62,409 nt of DNA from a virus (Duplodnaviria; Caudoviricetes): the IMG/VR virus record IMGVR_UViG_3300027607_000105, positions 1-62,409 of that record, one strand, 5' to 3'. Below the pieces are notes generated by a model. That model did not search any database. It worked only from the letters and a program-made list of their open reading frames with translations, and was not told the origin of the DNA. The position numbers and the translations under genes were made by a program. Positions within the stretch are counted from its first letter, which is position 1; each line of letters begins with the position of its first letter. Positions 45,187 through 55,492 of this stretch are shown here, in pieces.

Positions 45187-47289
45187 ATGGCGCGACTCTA
45201 CTTCGATAACATGGTTGCCGAGAAGTGCAGCGGTGAAAATGCGGAAGACCTGACACTCGATCAGCCCGTTGATGGATTCCGAGCTTTTCAAAGCTCGTCG
45301 CAGTTTTCGCCTGGCCCCAATACGTTGTTGCCTTGTCAGCTTGTCGATGGCGACGAATGGGAAGTCGGGTTCTACAAATACAGCGGTACTTCGACGCTCG
45401 AGCGGACGACGATTATCGATTCCTCGAACTCCGGCGCTAAGATCAGCTTGAGTTCCAATCAGCACGTTGTCTCGATCGTATTCCCCTTCGAGATCGGCAT
45501 GTTCCTCGGCTCAAATGGGGAAATGAACGATCCGACGCCGGTTCGTTTCGCCGTGATCTTGAACAATATCGCCGAACTGAAAGCCCTGGAGTTTGCCAAT
45601 CTCACAGACGGCGAGCGTGTCTTCGTTCTTGAGAACGCCGTAGACGACGAGATGGGCGGTCTCTTTGAATGGAGCGCCACGTCTGTTGCGGCCGCCGACG
45701 ACAAAGACACCTTCAAAGCTGACGACTCGCCAAGCCTGGGACTCTGGACGCGGCGAACGATCACGATCAACAAGAAGTCCTTCGACGATCTTCTCGAGAT
45801 CAACAAAGACGCCGCCGATGCGATGTTGGGGTTCTTCGGTACCGCCAAGGTCACGGATCCGAATGACTATGTATTTGTCAAAGGCGTTACCGGACAAATG
45901 GATTTCGGGGCCCGATCAAACCAGGGTGCCGATACCACGTTCTTTAGTCTCATTTCGGCCGGCACATCTGCGGACCGGGTCAGCTTTACCAAGTATCTCG
46001 AGATCCAGGATCGAATTGAGGGGTCGAATGCAAACGGTCCGGCAATCCTCGACATCACGTCAAGCGCCACGGTTCCGAATATCAGGCCCGACAAATCACA
46101 GACCGGCACCGGTTTAGGTGTCACCGGATCTGGCGATCTTTCTGCCATCGTCGGCGGTGTCGAAGTTCTCAGGTTCGAGAATGGTCAAGCGATCTTCCAG
46201 TTGCCAGTAGTGTTTCGCGGTGACGACCAGACCGTGGAATCGACCACGGTCCAATATCACGACAATATTCTCGAGCTGAACTCAGATGTCACCGGGGCAC
46301 CGACTGAAGATGTTGGTCTTCTCTTCAATCGCGGGACATCCGCCGATAAGTCATTCCTTTGGGACGAGGCAAACGATCAATTTAAGGTTGACGACAAGTT
46401 CCAGGCAGTATCCTTCCACACCGAGGGCGTCACGGGCGGAAACAAAGGGGCTGGGTCCGGAAACTTTGCGACCCTCTACAGAAACAATGTCGCGGTTCTC
46501 GACAACAACGACATTGGATCAACGGTTCAGGCCTGGAACTCAGAACTGGATTGGATCTCAGCCAATCTCACCGCGTTTGCAAAGACATTGCTGGACGATG
46601 CGGATGCGGCAACGATGCGGACCACGCTTGGTCTGGGCGCTCTCGCGGTCAAGGGCACAGTCAACAATGACGATTGGTCCGGCGCTGATCTTACTGTTGC
46701 CAATGGCGGAACCGGGGCATCGGACAGAACAGCTGCGTTTGACAATTTGGCCCCGGCAAGTTCGGTGCGTGGTGACATCCTTCGTCACAACGGCACCAAT
46801 TGGGTTCGTTACGCGCTGGGCGCAAATGGTACCATTCTAAAGTCTGACGGAACCGATGCCGTTTGGGGAGCAAACACGCCGTCTCTTGCATATGGCGACT
46901 GGTACGACACCACCACTATTGACATCGGGACTGATACGCTGCTGCAGCTGGATTCCGAAGAGCACAATAGCGGGTCCTTCACGCACACCCCGGGAAATGA
47001 AGAAGTCGACATTGACATTGCCGGGACGTTTTGGGTTATGGCCAAGGCGGTAGGCATCGCAAACGTGGCCAATAGCGCGATGACCTTTTACGCGACCGTC
47101 GGCGGCTCGGAACCGGCTCACTGGATCCGGGGCAAGGGCGCTGGCTCGACACAGTTCACCACTTTCCAAATGGTGACTGGCGGCATTATCACGGTGACAG
47201 CAAACACCCTTATCAAGCTCTACGGCAACAACGATGCGGGCGACCCAAGGGTTCAAGAGGTCCAGCTGTCGATACTCCAGATCGCTTGA
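45187..47289 (+). CDS. Tail fibre protein 1
   Basis: [24 protein letters not shown] and VANGGTGA fibre motifs. Confidence 0.8.
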   Translation: MARLYFDNMVAEKCSGENAEDLTLDQPVDGFRAFQSSSQFSPGPNTLLPCQLVDGDEWEVGFYKYSGTSTLERTTIIDSSNSGAKISLSSNQHVVSIVFPFEIGMFLGSNGEMNDPTPVRFAVILNNIAELKALEFANLTDGERVFVLENAVDDEMGGLFEWSATSVAAADDKDTFKADDSPSLGLWTRRTITINKKSFDDLLEINKDAADAMLGFFGTAKVTDPNDYVFVKGVTGQMDFGARSNQGADTTFFSLISAGTSADRVSFTKYLEIQDRIEGSNANGPAILDITSSATVPNIRPDKSQTGTGLGVTGSGDLSAIVGGVEVLRFENGQAIFQLPVVFRGDDQTVESTTVQYHDNILELNSDVTGAPTEDVGLLFNRGTSADKSFLWDEANDQFKVDDKFQAVSFHTEGVTGGNKGAGSGNFATLYRNNVAVLDNNDIGSTVQAWNSELDWISANLTAFAKTLLDDADAATMRTTLGLGALAVKGTVNNDDWSGADLTVANGGTGASDRTAAFDNLAPASSVRGDILRHNGTNWVRYALGANGTILKSDGTDAVWGANTPSLAYGDWYDTTTIDIGTDTLLQLDSEEHNSGSFTHTPGNEEVDIDIAGTFWVMAKAVGIANVANSAMTFYATVGGSEPAHWIRGKGAGSTQFTTFQMVTGGIITVTANTLIKLYGNNDAGDPRVQEVQLSILQIA

Positions 47290-47310
47290 TCAACAACGAA
47301 TAACGAACAT

Positions 47311-47332
47311 GCCGGCGCGAGCCGGTTTTTTT
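47311..47332 (+). terminator. Rho-independent terminator
   Basis: GCCGGC GCGA GCCGGT TTTTTT. Confidence 0.75.
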
Positions 47333-47351
47333 ATGCCTTAAGGGATTTCCA

Positions 47352-50300
47352 ATGGCGTTTTTCATCGACAATAGTTTGGGTGAGAATTGCACCGGTACCG
47401 GCGAGGGCAGCCTGACACTGCTGTCGTCGAAGTCGCTGCATATACGTTTCTCGGAATCCGACCAGGGTTCGATCGGGGATTCAACCTACTACATGCTGAT
47501 TTCTGCCGATCTCCAATGGGAGATTGGTATCGGCACGCTGGATGCCGCGAACTCGCTGACCCGTGACACGGTGCTCGATTCCTCGAGCGGGGACGCCAAG
47601 ATCAACCTTGGCTCCGGTACCCATGCGGTTTACGGCACCATGCCGGCGTCCAAGATGATCTATGTCAAGGGCGACAACACGATCGGCTTTGCCAACAACT
47701 TCCGGAACACAATCATTGTTGCTGACATCGCGGCGATGCAATTGCTCGACGACATCTCTGATGATCCGGTTTTTGTCCGCGACACCACCAATCAGAAGGG
47801 CGGTCTGTTCGTTTTCAATTCATCCGGTGTCGGTGCTGGCGACGGCAAGGAAACCTTCTCGAGCGGCACGACAAGCGGTCTCTGGGAGCGTGTCAGGTGG
47901 CAGGTTCAGATTCCGCGTCTGCCGGATGACACCAACCTTCTTGATGATGTCATCGCGATCGTCAACTCGATCCCGACCATTCGTGTCGGCGCCTATTCCC
48001 ATGAGATCTTCCATGGCCAGGGTTTCTTCAAAGCCACCTTCAAGACCGGCACAGATTTTAAGGCTTTTGAAAACCCACAGAACTATTGGGCAGACGGCGA
48101 CCTGATCATGTTGCTGGGTGATGAGGCCATCGGTGACACGCCGCCCCGGGTTTATCAATACGATATTGACGGCGACCAGACCGAAGATCGATCCAAGATC
48201 TATGAGCCAACCACGGGCAATGGTCGGCTTGTCTGGGTCGAAGACAGCACGATGTCGGTCACGTTTGGTGATGGCGACACGACACCCTCGATCGCCAAGG
48301 GCAAGGTGTTCAGAACCGCCAACGTCAACATTGAGAATCTGGTTGATGCGCGCGAAGGCGATGCGGTCTACATCGTCAGGGGTTCGCAAGACTGCACGAT
48401 CAAAAACAATTCCAATATCATCACGGGCACCGGTACCGACCTGATCTTGAAAGAAACCGGGCCCTATGCCGTGATCGCAATGAAGGTGCCGGGTCTTGCA
48501 AAATGGGTGATCTTTGGCGGTTCCGGAGGCGGGGCCTCGGGGGCATTTATCCCGGATGCGGTTGCAGATTTCGGCTTGGTGTCGGGTGGCGACAAGACTT
48601 CCAATAAGACGGCCTATGAAAACGCGATCGCGTTCTGCATCACCAACAATCTAAAACGTCTGAACTTTCCGGCCGGCACATACGAAATCGGCGCCCTGAC
48701 ATCAACACTGGAAAATCAAGAGGTCATCCATGTTGGCGAAGGTGCCATTGAGTGGGTCGACGATGGCGACAATATAGCAGGTTTCCTGCAGCCAGCGCCG
48801 ATGCACGTCAGCCAGCTGCCCGACATTACCAACACGCTGAACGCGTCTCATCTACGCCGGATTGAAGAGGCGATCCAATCAGGTACGGCCAATGTCGCCT
48901 TTGTTGGCGATTCCAACGGTGTGGATCCAAGCCAGAACGGCGAGCAGTTTAACAGCGCGGGCTTAATCGACAATCTGGGCTTCACCGTGAAACGAGCGGT
49001 TCATGACGCCTATACCCATGACCGCGATGGAAATTCGATCACGCTCAACTTTGAGAACTTCTCGATCGGCGGCTATGGCTGGCAACAACTGAATGATCCC
49101 GGAACAATTATTGCAGTTGGTGCGAGACCTTGGGCGGCGGATCCCGCGGTGTCCTGGTGGACTAATGTTACCAACTTCACCCCCAACCTTCTGATTATTG
49201 CACTTGGCGGCAATGACGACCTGTCGAATCTCGCCGACATTGACGCGATGGTGACCAAGATCAAGGCAATGACGCCGGTCCCGGATGTGGTGCTTGTAAC
49301 GGAACCATTTGTTTCGACGTCATATGCCTATCAAGACGGGTCCGGCCGGGACGCGGCTTACCGCACAGCCATCAAGGTCCGGAACTATATTCGGATGACG
49401 GCCATCGAGAACGGCTGGGGTCTTATCGATGTCCATCGCTGGCAAGAGATTGTGCAACACGGTCGCGATCCTTTGGAAATCTTCTTCCGGCTGCACTCCG
49501 ACAGCGTCGATATGGATGATCTGATCGGTTCGGTCGACCTGTCGAGCGCGACTGCTGGGCTGACGAACTATCCGACGAAGTTTCACGGGAGCGTCGATTA
49601 CCAGTTTGACGTCGACATGAACACCGCAACCGGGTCGCCATGGATTGAATGCAGGTTGGGCGATACCGATGACAAGCTGCTTCTCAAAAACAACGAGGCG
49701 CAGCTCTGGCGGGATGCGAACTCGAGCGCATCGCTGGTCAAGACTGAGACATTTTCGGCAATCACGTCGACACGTAGAATTCGAGTAATCAGGCGCAATG
49801 ATTACGTCTTTGTCGGGCATCGTGCTCCAAGTGCGTCTGAAGCGGAATACGAAACGCTGCTCGAAGAGTTCCATTACAAAGGACTGGAGACCGCGGCATT
49901 TGAGCCGAAGATAGGGGCTGCACCCATCGGGACGCCAAGCGGATCAACGCTGCTGCTGTTCAATATCCAGATGTACTATCCGGTGTTTCAACGGTTCTGC
50001 CCTAGAGTCACGAACGAAGATGTCTGGGGCACGGAGACGCTCAATCCAATCGGCGGGTCTTTTGACTTCTCGCTCTATTCAAAACCCGATGGCGGCGACG
50101 GCGGCGCTCATCCCAGCGGTCGCGGTGTCCGTGAAGTCTATGGGGTCATCAAGAACTATAATTGGCGCCCTGTCATCGCGACGATCCCGGATGTCACGAT
50201 CGCGGCACCATTTGGGACCTGCGGTCTATGGTTGACCGATGGAACAATCTTTCCTGCGGCACCCTCTACTTATAACCCAGGAGCGGTCCTGCCGCTTGAT

Positions 50301-50666
50301 CATGAAGTCTACAATGTCGGGTCCGCGTTTACTTTGGCGTCAAACGAGTTGACAGCAACGGTGGACGGTTATTTCGATTTGGGTCTGTATGTTCTCCACT
50401 ACAAAAACTCCACCAACTCAGCCATCGCGCCGAAGATCGATTCCGGGTCGGGATTTCAAACACTTGGCGAGCATTACGGATTTAACGATTTCCTCGGCTC
50501 GTTGTCGGCGCAAATCAATCTAGGCGCGCTGCCATATCTACCGAAGGCCATGGGTATCCCGATCTACCTAGAGACAGGCGACAAGGTTCGTGTCGAGTCG
50601 GTGGGAGGCGGGCCAGCAGATGTTATCGAATGGGCGCTGTCGCTGTCGCTGCGCGCGTCGGTTTAA
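47352..50666 (+). CDS. Tail fibre/spike 2 with SGNH/GDSL esterase domain
   Basis: N-terminus paralogous to fibre 1; FVGDS, SIGG, LGGND, DGGAHPS. Confidence 0.8.
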   Translation: MAFFIDNSLGENCTGTGEGSLTLLSSKSLHIRFSESDQGSIGDSTYYMLISADLQWEIGIGTLDAANSLTRDTVLDSSSGDAKINLGSGTHAVYGTMPASKMIYVKGDNTIGFANNFRNTIIVADIAAMQLLDDISDDPVFVRDTTNQKGGLFVFNSSGVGAGDGKETFSSGTTSGLWERVRWQVQIPRLPDDTNLLDDVIAIVNSIPTIRVGAYSHEIFHGQGFFKATFKTGTDFKAFENPQNYWADGDLIMLLGDEAIGDTPPRVYQYDIDGDQTEDRSKIYEPTTGNGRLVWVEDSTMSVTFGDGDTTPSIAKGKVFRTANVNIENLVDAREGDAVYIVRGSQDCTIKNNSNIITGTGTDLILKETGPYAVIAMKVPGLAKWVIFGGSGGGASGAFIPDAVADFGLVSGGDKTSNKTAYENAIAFCITNNLKRLNFPAGTYEIGALTSTLENQEVIHVGEGAIEWVDDGDNIAGFLQPAPMHVSQLPDITNTLNASHLRRIEEAIQSGTANVAFVGDSNGVDPSQNGEQFNSAGLIDNLGFTVKRAVHDAYTHDRDGNSITLNFENFSIGGYGWQQLNDPGTIIAVGARPWAADPAVSWWTNVTNFTPNLLIIALGGNDDLSNLADIDAMVTKIKAMTPVPDVVLVTEPFVSTSYAYQDGSGRDAAYRTAIKVRNYIRMTAIENGWGLIDVHRWQEIVQHGRDPLEIFFRLHSDSVDMDDLIGSVDLSSATAGLTNYPTKFHGSVDYQFDVDMNTATGSPWIECRLGDTDDKLLLKNNEAQLWRDANSSASLVKTETFSAITSTRRIRVIRRNDYVFVGHRAPSASEAEYETLLEEFHYKGLETAAFEPKIGAAPIGTPSGSTLLLFNIQMYYPVFQRFCPRVTNEDVWGTETLNPIGGSFDFSLYSKPDGGDGGAHPSGRGVREVYGVIKNYNWRPVIATIPDVTIAAPFGTCGLWLTDGTIFPAAPSTYNPGAVLPLDHEVYNVGSAFTLASNELTATVDGYFDLGLYVLHYKNSTNSAIAPKIDSGSGFQTLGEHYGFNDFLGSLSAQINLGALPYLPKAMGIPIYLETGDKVRVESVGGGPADVIEWALSLSLRASV

Positions 50667-50696
50667 TCCGGACAGTTGAAATTAGGATTATTCATC

Positions 50697-50717
50697 GCCG
50701 CAAGAGCGGCTTTTTTT
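50697..50717 (+). terminator. Weak terminator
   Basis: GCCG CAAGAG CGGC TTTTTT. Confidence 0.5.
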
Positions 50718-50731
50718 ATGGGAAAACAAAA

Positions 50732-50989
50732 ATGAGCGAAGATCAATCGCCCCAGGACATCACGCACCGGGACCTCTACGTGAAGATAGGCGAGGTCGGT
50801 GTCAAGATCGACAACCTTGAAAAGAAGGTGGATCACAACGCCGAGCACATCGATCAACTGAAGGAAAAGCAGGATGAGCGAACAGGCGTGGAGAAGGTTG
50901 CCAAGTGGTTGATCGGAATCGGCGCCGGCTTTGTTACGGGGCTTATCACCGTCCTTTATAAGTGGTGGCTAGACGGCGGGAGCAATTGA
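50732..50989 (+). CDS. Coiled-coil plus TM protein (holin/XhlA-like)
   Basis: C-terminal TM helix; precedes the endolysin. Confidence 0.6.
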   Translation: MSEDQSPQDITHRDLYVKIGEVGVKIDNLEKKVDHNAEHIDQLKEKQDERTGVEKVAKWLIGIGAGFVTGLITVLYKWWLDGGSN

Positions 50990-51043
50990 GATGGAATACA
51001 TCACGAACCCAGTTGACTGGGATGCTTCACGCTGGCCGGCGCC

Positions 51044-51562
51044 ATGACACGCGCTATCAATGCAGAGGGGCTTGATCTCATTAAAGAGTTCGAGGGGCTG
51101 CGGCTGCGCGCTTATCAGGATTCTGTCGGTGTCTGGACCATTGGCTATGGACACACGAAGACTGCCGCACCTGGGCAGGAGATCACAGAGGCTCAAGCCG
51201 AAGATCTCTTGCGCGAAGACCTGCGCGAAGCCGAGGGCTATGTCCGTCAGTTCGTCACGGTACCGCTGAACGACAACGAATTCAGCGCGCTGGTGTCATG
51301 GGTTTTCAATCTTGGCGTTGGGAACTTGAAGCGATCGACAATGCTTTGGAAGCTGAACGCGGGGGACCGGCAAGGCGCAGCCGACGAAATGCTGAAATGG
51401 GTTTTTGCGGGCGGCGTTCGTTTGGACGGCTTGAAGCGCCGCCGCAAAGCCGAACGAGAACTTTTCTTAAAACCAGAGGTGAAATCATGCGACGATTCAT
51501 CATCGCGGCCTTGGCCGTGGTTACTGCGACATTTGCGCAGGCGCAAGAACCGGAAGAAGTAG
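51044..51562 (+). CDS. Endolysin, GH24 lysozyme
   Basis: IKEFEGLRLRAYQDSVGVWTIGYGHT; GLKRRRKAERELF. Confidence 0.95.
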   Translation: MTRAINAEGLDLIKEFEGLRLRAYQDSVGVWTIGYGHTKTAAPGQEITEAQAEDLLREDLREAEGYVRQFVTVPLNDNEFSALVSWVFNLGVGNLKRSTMLWKLNAGDRQGAADEMLKWVFAGGVRLDGLKRRRKAERELFLKPEVKSCDDSSSRPWPWLLRHLRRRKNRKK

Positions 51563-53352
51563 AGCGGCTTTCGGATAAGCAGCTACGGCAGAGGATCAAT
51601 TATAACATTGCGCGTTTGGAGAATCTAATTGACGAGGCACGCGCGGCGATAGGTCATAACGACGATGTGCTGGCCGAATTAAATGCTCGCATCGAGCAGG
51701 CCGAAGCGACCGAGCCGCCGACAGATCCGGTTGACCCTCCTGTCGAGCCGCCAGTCGAGCCACCGGTTGTCACGGATGGTCTAGCCGTGATGCTGACATT
51801 CCCAAGCGGTGAGGTTCTTTCATTCAGCCAAGAAGATGCTCGTTGTTTCGAGAATTGGGTAGGTGAGAATTTCAGCCAAGCTAATTGCAGGGCGTCTGAT
51901 GGTTTTTGGCATGTCTCATTCCGGCCTGATACTACATCTGATCGGATTGAAGTTGTTGTTGAACTTGGGCATGTGACGAATGATGTTGACGCGCCCTTCA
52001 CGTCAACGGGCTATAACTTCGCGCTGACCAAAGACGGCGAGACCATTGCCGAAGAGAGTATCCCGTTTCATTTCTGGGGTGGACGCTGGCGCTGGCAATC
52101 GGAAGAAAGGCCGATCCTAAAATCCTGCGCGGACATCGCGGATGATCCGTTTTTACCTCAACTTGAAAAAGCAACGCTTGGTCATGATCCCGGCGTTGAG
52201 CCTGTCTATTCTGGACCATTTACAATGCCGGAGTTCGCGCGAGGCATGGGCAATGGTGGCGAGCGGCAAGACATCGGTGTGGTCACCGGTTGGTCTGCCT
52301 CTTGTTTGCTTGGCGGCGCAATGACAGAGGAACACTTGATCGCGTTGGCCGCGGACTATTCGGCGGTTCCGGTTCACCATTTCCGTTTGCCGACCGGCGA
52401 GATGCTGGACATTACCCAAGAGGAGTTTAAGAACCACAATTTTCACAGCAGCTCGAAGGGCCAGCCGTCCTATATCGCCATGGAGGGCGTCAGCTCAGAG
52501 GATTATCCCACCTTCGTTAAGCGCGATACAGCCCATCACCCGAGCCTCTTCTACATCCCGTTTCTGTTGACCGGCGATCCATTTTGGTTGGAAGAGCTAC
52601 AGTATGTCACGCAAGGCCACTTGCTTTCCAGCAATTGGGACCGGAACAACAACGATGCCGGCCAACACCTCGCGATCCTCAAGGGTCAAATGCGCGGCTT
52701 TGCTTGGGGATACCGGGACGTATTGCACGCCCATTATCTGACACCGGAGAATGCGCCGGACTGGCTGCACTCAAAGGCCTACTATGACAAGCTTCTCGAC
52801 GATGTCCTGGTCGAATTGAACGCCATCATGAACGATACGGGCAGCGATACCAGGGCGATTCAGCGTCAGCGCTTCAATATTATGTGGTCCAATTCCGGTT
52901 GGCTGACAGCCATGTGGATGCAGGATTTTAACGTGAGTGTTTGGGGGCTTGGCGTGCGCGCAGGTTACGAGCAGTTCCGGCCCTGGTTTGAATGGTTGTT
53001 GGTGTCGGCAAATGAGAGGACAAAAGACAACGGCTGGGACCAGCGCGTCCCGTCATTCTACAATGTCGATAACAGAGTGATGGATTTCACCGCCGCCAAC
53101 AATTGGTCGGAGCTATTCCCGGTCTGGCGGTCTGCCTATCCAGATCGCTTTTCGGATCAATGGCCGGAGGGCTCATACTGGGCCACACGCGATCAGTATT
53201 CTGGCTATGCCGAGTATGTCTATGGCGGTCTCGTTGTCGCTGAGTGGCTGGGCTACGACGTGCCTGGGCTCGATTATCTGGACAATGCGCGCGCCGAGAA
53301 AGAGGCGTTGGGCGCAAAGAAGACTTACGATAAATGGAGCTTCCAGCGATGA
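51487..53352 (+). CDS. Secreted 621-aa protein, probable alpha/alpha-toroid carbohydrate-active enzyme
   Basis: Signal peptide MRRFIIAALAVVTATFAQA, coiled coil, Pro-rich linker, DTAHHPSLFYIPFLLTGDPFWLEELQ and QMRGFAWG. Confidence 0.65.
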   Translation: MRRFIIAALAVVTATFAQAQEPEEVERLSDKQLRQRINYNIARLENLIDEARAAIGHNDDVLAELNARIEQAEATEPPTDPVDPPVEPPVEPPVVTDGLAVMLTFPSGEVLSFSQEDARCFENWVGENFSQANCRASDGFWHVSFRPDTTSDRIEVVVELGHVTNDVDAPFTSTGYNFALTKDGETIAEESIPFHFWGGRWRWQSEERPILKSCADIADDPFLPQLEKATLGHDPGVEPVYSGPFTMPEFARGMGNGGERQDIGVVTGWSASCLLGGAMTEEHLIALAADYSAVPVHHFRLPTGEMLDITQEEFKNHNFHSSSKGQPSYIAMEGVSSEDYPTFVKRDTAHHPSLFYIPFLLTGDPFWLEELQYVTQGHLLSSNWDRNNNDAGQHLAILKGQMRGFAWGYRDVLHAHYLTPENAPDWLHSKAYYDKLLDDVLVELNAIMNDTGSDTRAIQRQRFNIMWSNSGWLTAMWMQDFNVSVWGLGVRAGYEQFRPWFEWLLVSANERTKDNGWDQRVPSFYNVDNRVMDFTAANNWSELFPVWRSAYPDRFSDQWPEGSYWATRDQYSGYAEYVYGGLVVAEWLGYDVPGLDYLDNARAEKEALGAKKTYDKWSFQR

Positions 53353-53885
53353 ACTGGAAAAAGACATTCAAAGCGATCGCCAAAACCGCATTTCCAACCA
53401 TTGCGACGGGACTCCTCGGTCCAGCCGGCGGCACCGTTGCGGCGATCGTGGCGCCGGCAATCTTCGGCGATGACGAAAAGCGATCACCGGAAGAGATCGC
53501 CGAATACATCCTGGAGCATCAGAGTCCGGAATTGTTTCTGAAGCTCAAAGAGCTGGAAATCCAGGTTAAGCGCGACTTACGGCATATGGATATTGATGTC
53601 TTCGCTTTGGAGGTTGAGAATCAGAAGTCAGCCCGGGACATGTACGAGAAGACCCGGACGATCATGGTGCCGGTGTTGGCGGTGACAATCGTTGTGGGTT
53701 TCTTCGGTCTGGCTGCTTTGTTCACTTGGGCCGTGCTGATTGCCGATAAACCGATCCCGGAGTCGACACAATTGGGCATGATCATTTCAGCGGTGATGGC
53801 TTCGCTCTATGCGGTGATCAACTTCTTTTTCGGGTCAAGCTTGGGCTCAAAGGAAAAGACGGGGTTACTTGATCGTCAGCCCTGA
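53349..53885 (+). CDS. Holin-like membrane protein
   Basis: PTIATGLLGPAGG; SAR; two C-terminal TM helices; FFFGSS.GS. Confidence 0.7.
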   Translation: MNWKKTFKAIAKTAFPTIATGLLGPAGGTVAAIVAPAIFGDDEKRSPEEIAEYILEHQSPELFLKLKELEIQVKRDLRHMDIDVFALEVENQKSARDMYEKTRTIMVPVLAVTIVVGFFGLAALFTWAVLIADKPIPESTQLGMIISAVMASLYAVINFFFGSSLGSKEKTGLLDRQP

Positions 53886-54217
53886 TAGTCGAAGTCAAGA
53901 TCCGGCAACTCAGCAATCACCTGTGCGACGATGCGGTCTTTCACACCTTGACAGGGCCAGCCGCCATCGATTTCCAAAGTGATGGTCTGATCGCTTCCCA
54001 CCTTCTTAGCAAGCCGTTCAACGGTCTTAATCGTGTCATCGACAGTGATCTGCATTTGATCCCACAGAGTCAACAATTCCGACAACACGGCTGGAGGCGG
54101 GTCATGACGACCGCTTGACCAGCTTTTCACGGTATCAATCCGTGCGTCTAAAAAGTCGGCGGCCTCTTGGTTTGAGAGGCCGACCAGATCTTTTAATAGT
54201 TTGAATTGGGATGTCAT
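53876..54217 (-). CDS. HTH DNA-binding protein
   Basis: GLSNQEAADFLDARIDTVKSWSSGR. Confidence 0.75.
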   Translation of the reverse strand: MTSQFKLLKDLVGLSNQEAADFLDARIDTVKSWSSGRHDPPPAVLSELLTLWDQMQITVDDTIKTVERLAKKVGSDQTITLEIDGGWPCQGVKDRIVAQVIAELPDLDFDYQG

Positions 54218-54519
54218 GCGAGCACTGGCGCGATGCTGCAATTGTGGCCCAGTTCAGGGTGATCGGCCCAACCCTCAACCGCTTCGTTGAACGCTGCGCT
54301 CTGTATCCGATCAACCATTGCTAGGGCGTCTTGATCGGCTGACTCGTCTTCCATCTGATTTTTCAAAGCCACCCAAACGCGGGCGGCGTCCGAAGCCGAT
54401 AGATTTCTGATCGCCATTTCCATTGCGTTGCTGGCAACTTCTGCCGCTCGGTGATCTGACCAGTCCATCGTGTCAATGATGAACTCTAAGCTGTGTACTG
54501 TGATGATTTCTTCTGACAT
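54214..54519 (-). CDS. Hypothetical protein
   Basis: GGAG RBS; ATGA-coupled to the HTH gene. Confidence 0.65.
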   Translation of the reverse strand: MSEEIITVHSLEFIIDTMDWSDHRAAEVASNAMEMAIRNLSASDAARVWVALKNQMEDESADQDALAMVDRIQSAAFNEAVEGWADHPELGHNCSIAPVLA

Positions 54520-54574
54520 TTCTAGGTCTCCTTACCTCTTGCGGTTGGCTATCCATCCGCGTTGTTGATGATCT

Positions 54575-54665
54575 AGATCTACACTAAAGGTGTAGAGGTG
54601 TCAAGGACCTTATTTGCAAAACCTGTCAGTAGATTCTTGACGGTTCCCGATGTCGGGATAATGTT
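54575..54665. promoter_or_regulatory. Back-to-back promoters, each with a palindrome in its spacer
   Basis: Minus strand: TTGACA-17 nt-TAGATC with TCTACAC-N5-GTGTAGA; plus strand: TTGACG(54637) with TCCCGATGTCGGGA, then TAATGT. Confidence 0.6.
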
Positions 54666-54668
54666 GCT

Positions 54669-54974
54669 ATGTCCGAGTGCAGGGGTGTCAGGGAAACGCT
54701 CCATATGTGGACACACCGTCAGAAGTGGGCCGGGGGCGACCCGGATCAAAGAACCGTATTAAAAGGCAACCTCGTTGCTGGATATATCGCTAGGCTCTCA
54801 TTTGGGCCCAACCGTGGCCAGTGGCAGTGGTATGGAGCTTGGGCCGCGCAAGGCAACTCCGGCATTGTAGAGTCTCAGGATCAAGCCCTAACAGCGATCA
54901 GGACCCGTTTTGACGAACTTGAGAAGACAGATCGGGATCGGCTGGAGTGCTATCGTGAGAGGCCTTATGGGTAG
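54669..54974 (+). CDS. Hypothetical protein
   Basis: 101 aa, directly after the plus-strand promoter. Confidence 0.5.
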   Translation: MSECRGVRETLHMWTHRQKWAGGDPDQRTVLKGNLVAGYIARLSFGPNRGQWQWYGAWAAQGNSGIVESQDQALTAIRTRFDELEKTDRDRLECYRERPYG

Positions 54975-55221
54975 ATCGTCCTGGTCGCTTGTCATCTCGT
55001 GGCGTCCAGGGGAAGTCTGACCAAAATAACTTTCTAATGCGCACGGCCAGCCGCTTGTGACTCTGTAAAACCTTCGCTTCAGCAGATAAGAACAGCGTGG
55101 GCGTAGGGTCTGCTAAGTAGGTGGTCACTGCATGAATCCGGCTTAGTTCACGCAAAACATCAAAAGCCTCAGCGTTCTTATCTTTTGCAATCTCCGTTAC
55201 GACAGTCTCTTTCTCACTCAC
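54898..55221 (-). CDS. Hypothetical protein
   Basis: Coupled ORF. Confidence 0.45.
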   Translation of the reverse strand: MSEKETVVTEIAKDKNAEAFDVLRELSRIHAVTTYLADPTPTLFLSAEAKVLQSHKRLAVRIRKLFWSDFPWTPRDDKRPGRSTHKASHDSTPADPDLSSQVRQNGS

Positions 55222-55492
55222 TCTTCATCTCCCGTTCTTTCTCAGCCAGCATGGCTCGCCACGTATCTCTGATAGCTGACCGATCATAGTGCTTAGGGAA
55301 CCCCCCGGCCTCTGCCATGGTGTCGCTCACCTCCCTCAGCTCCTCAAAGACGGCCTCTATTATCTTTTGGGACGGGTACTTGTGGCACTCCCAGTTTTTC
55401 ATACCGGGAATAAAGTGGGATAGTTGGCCGTCTGGGTCATCGCCATCCACCTGACTCGAAATGATCCGGCAGATCTTTTCATTCAGCGTCAT
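55214..55492 (-). CDS. Hypothetical protein
   Basis: GGAGG RBS; ELRE.SD.M.EAG...WRAML. Confidence 0.6.
   Translation of the reverse strand: MTLNEKICRIISSQVDGDDPDGQLSHFIPGMKNWECHKYPSQKIIEAVFEELREVSDTMAEAGGFPKHYDRSAIRDTWRAMLAEKEREMKSE

Noticed and set aside
38105-50235. Many antisense ORFs of 60-200 aa in tail genes
   Set aside because: Expected codon-bias shadows lacking motifs or an RBS, unlike the intein antisense ORF.
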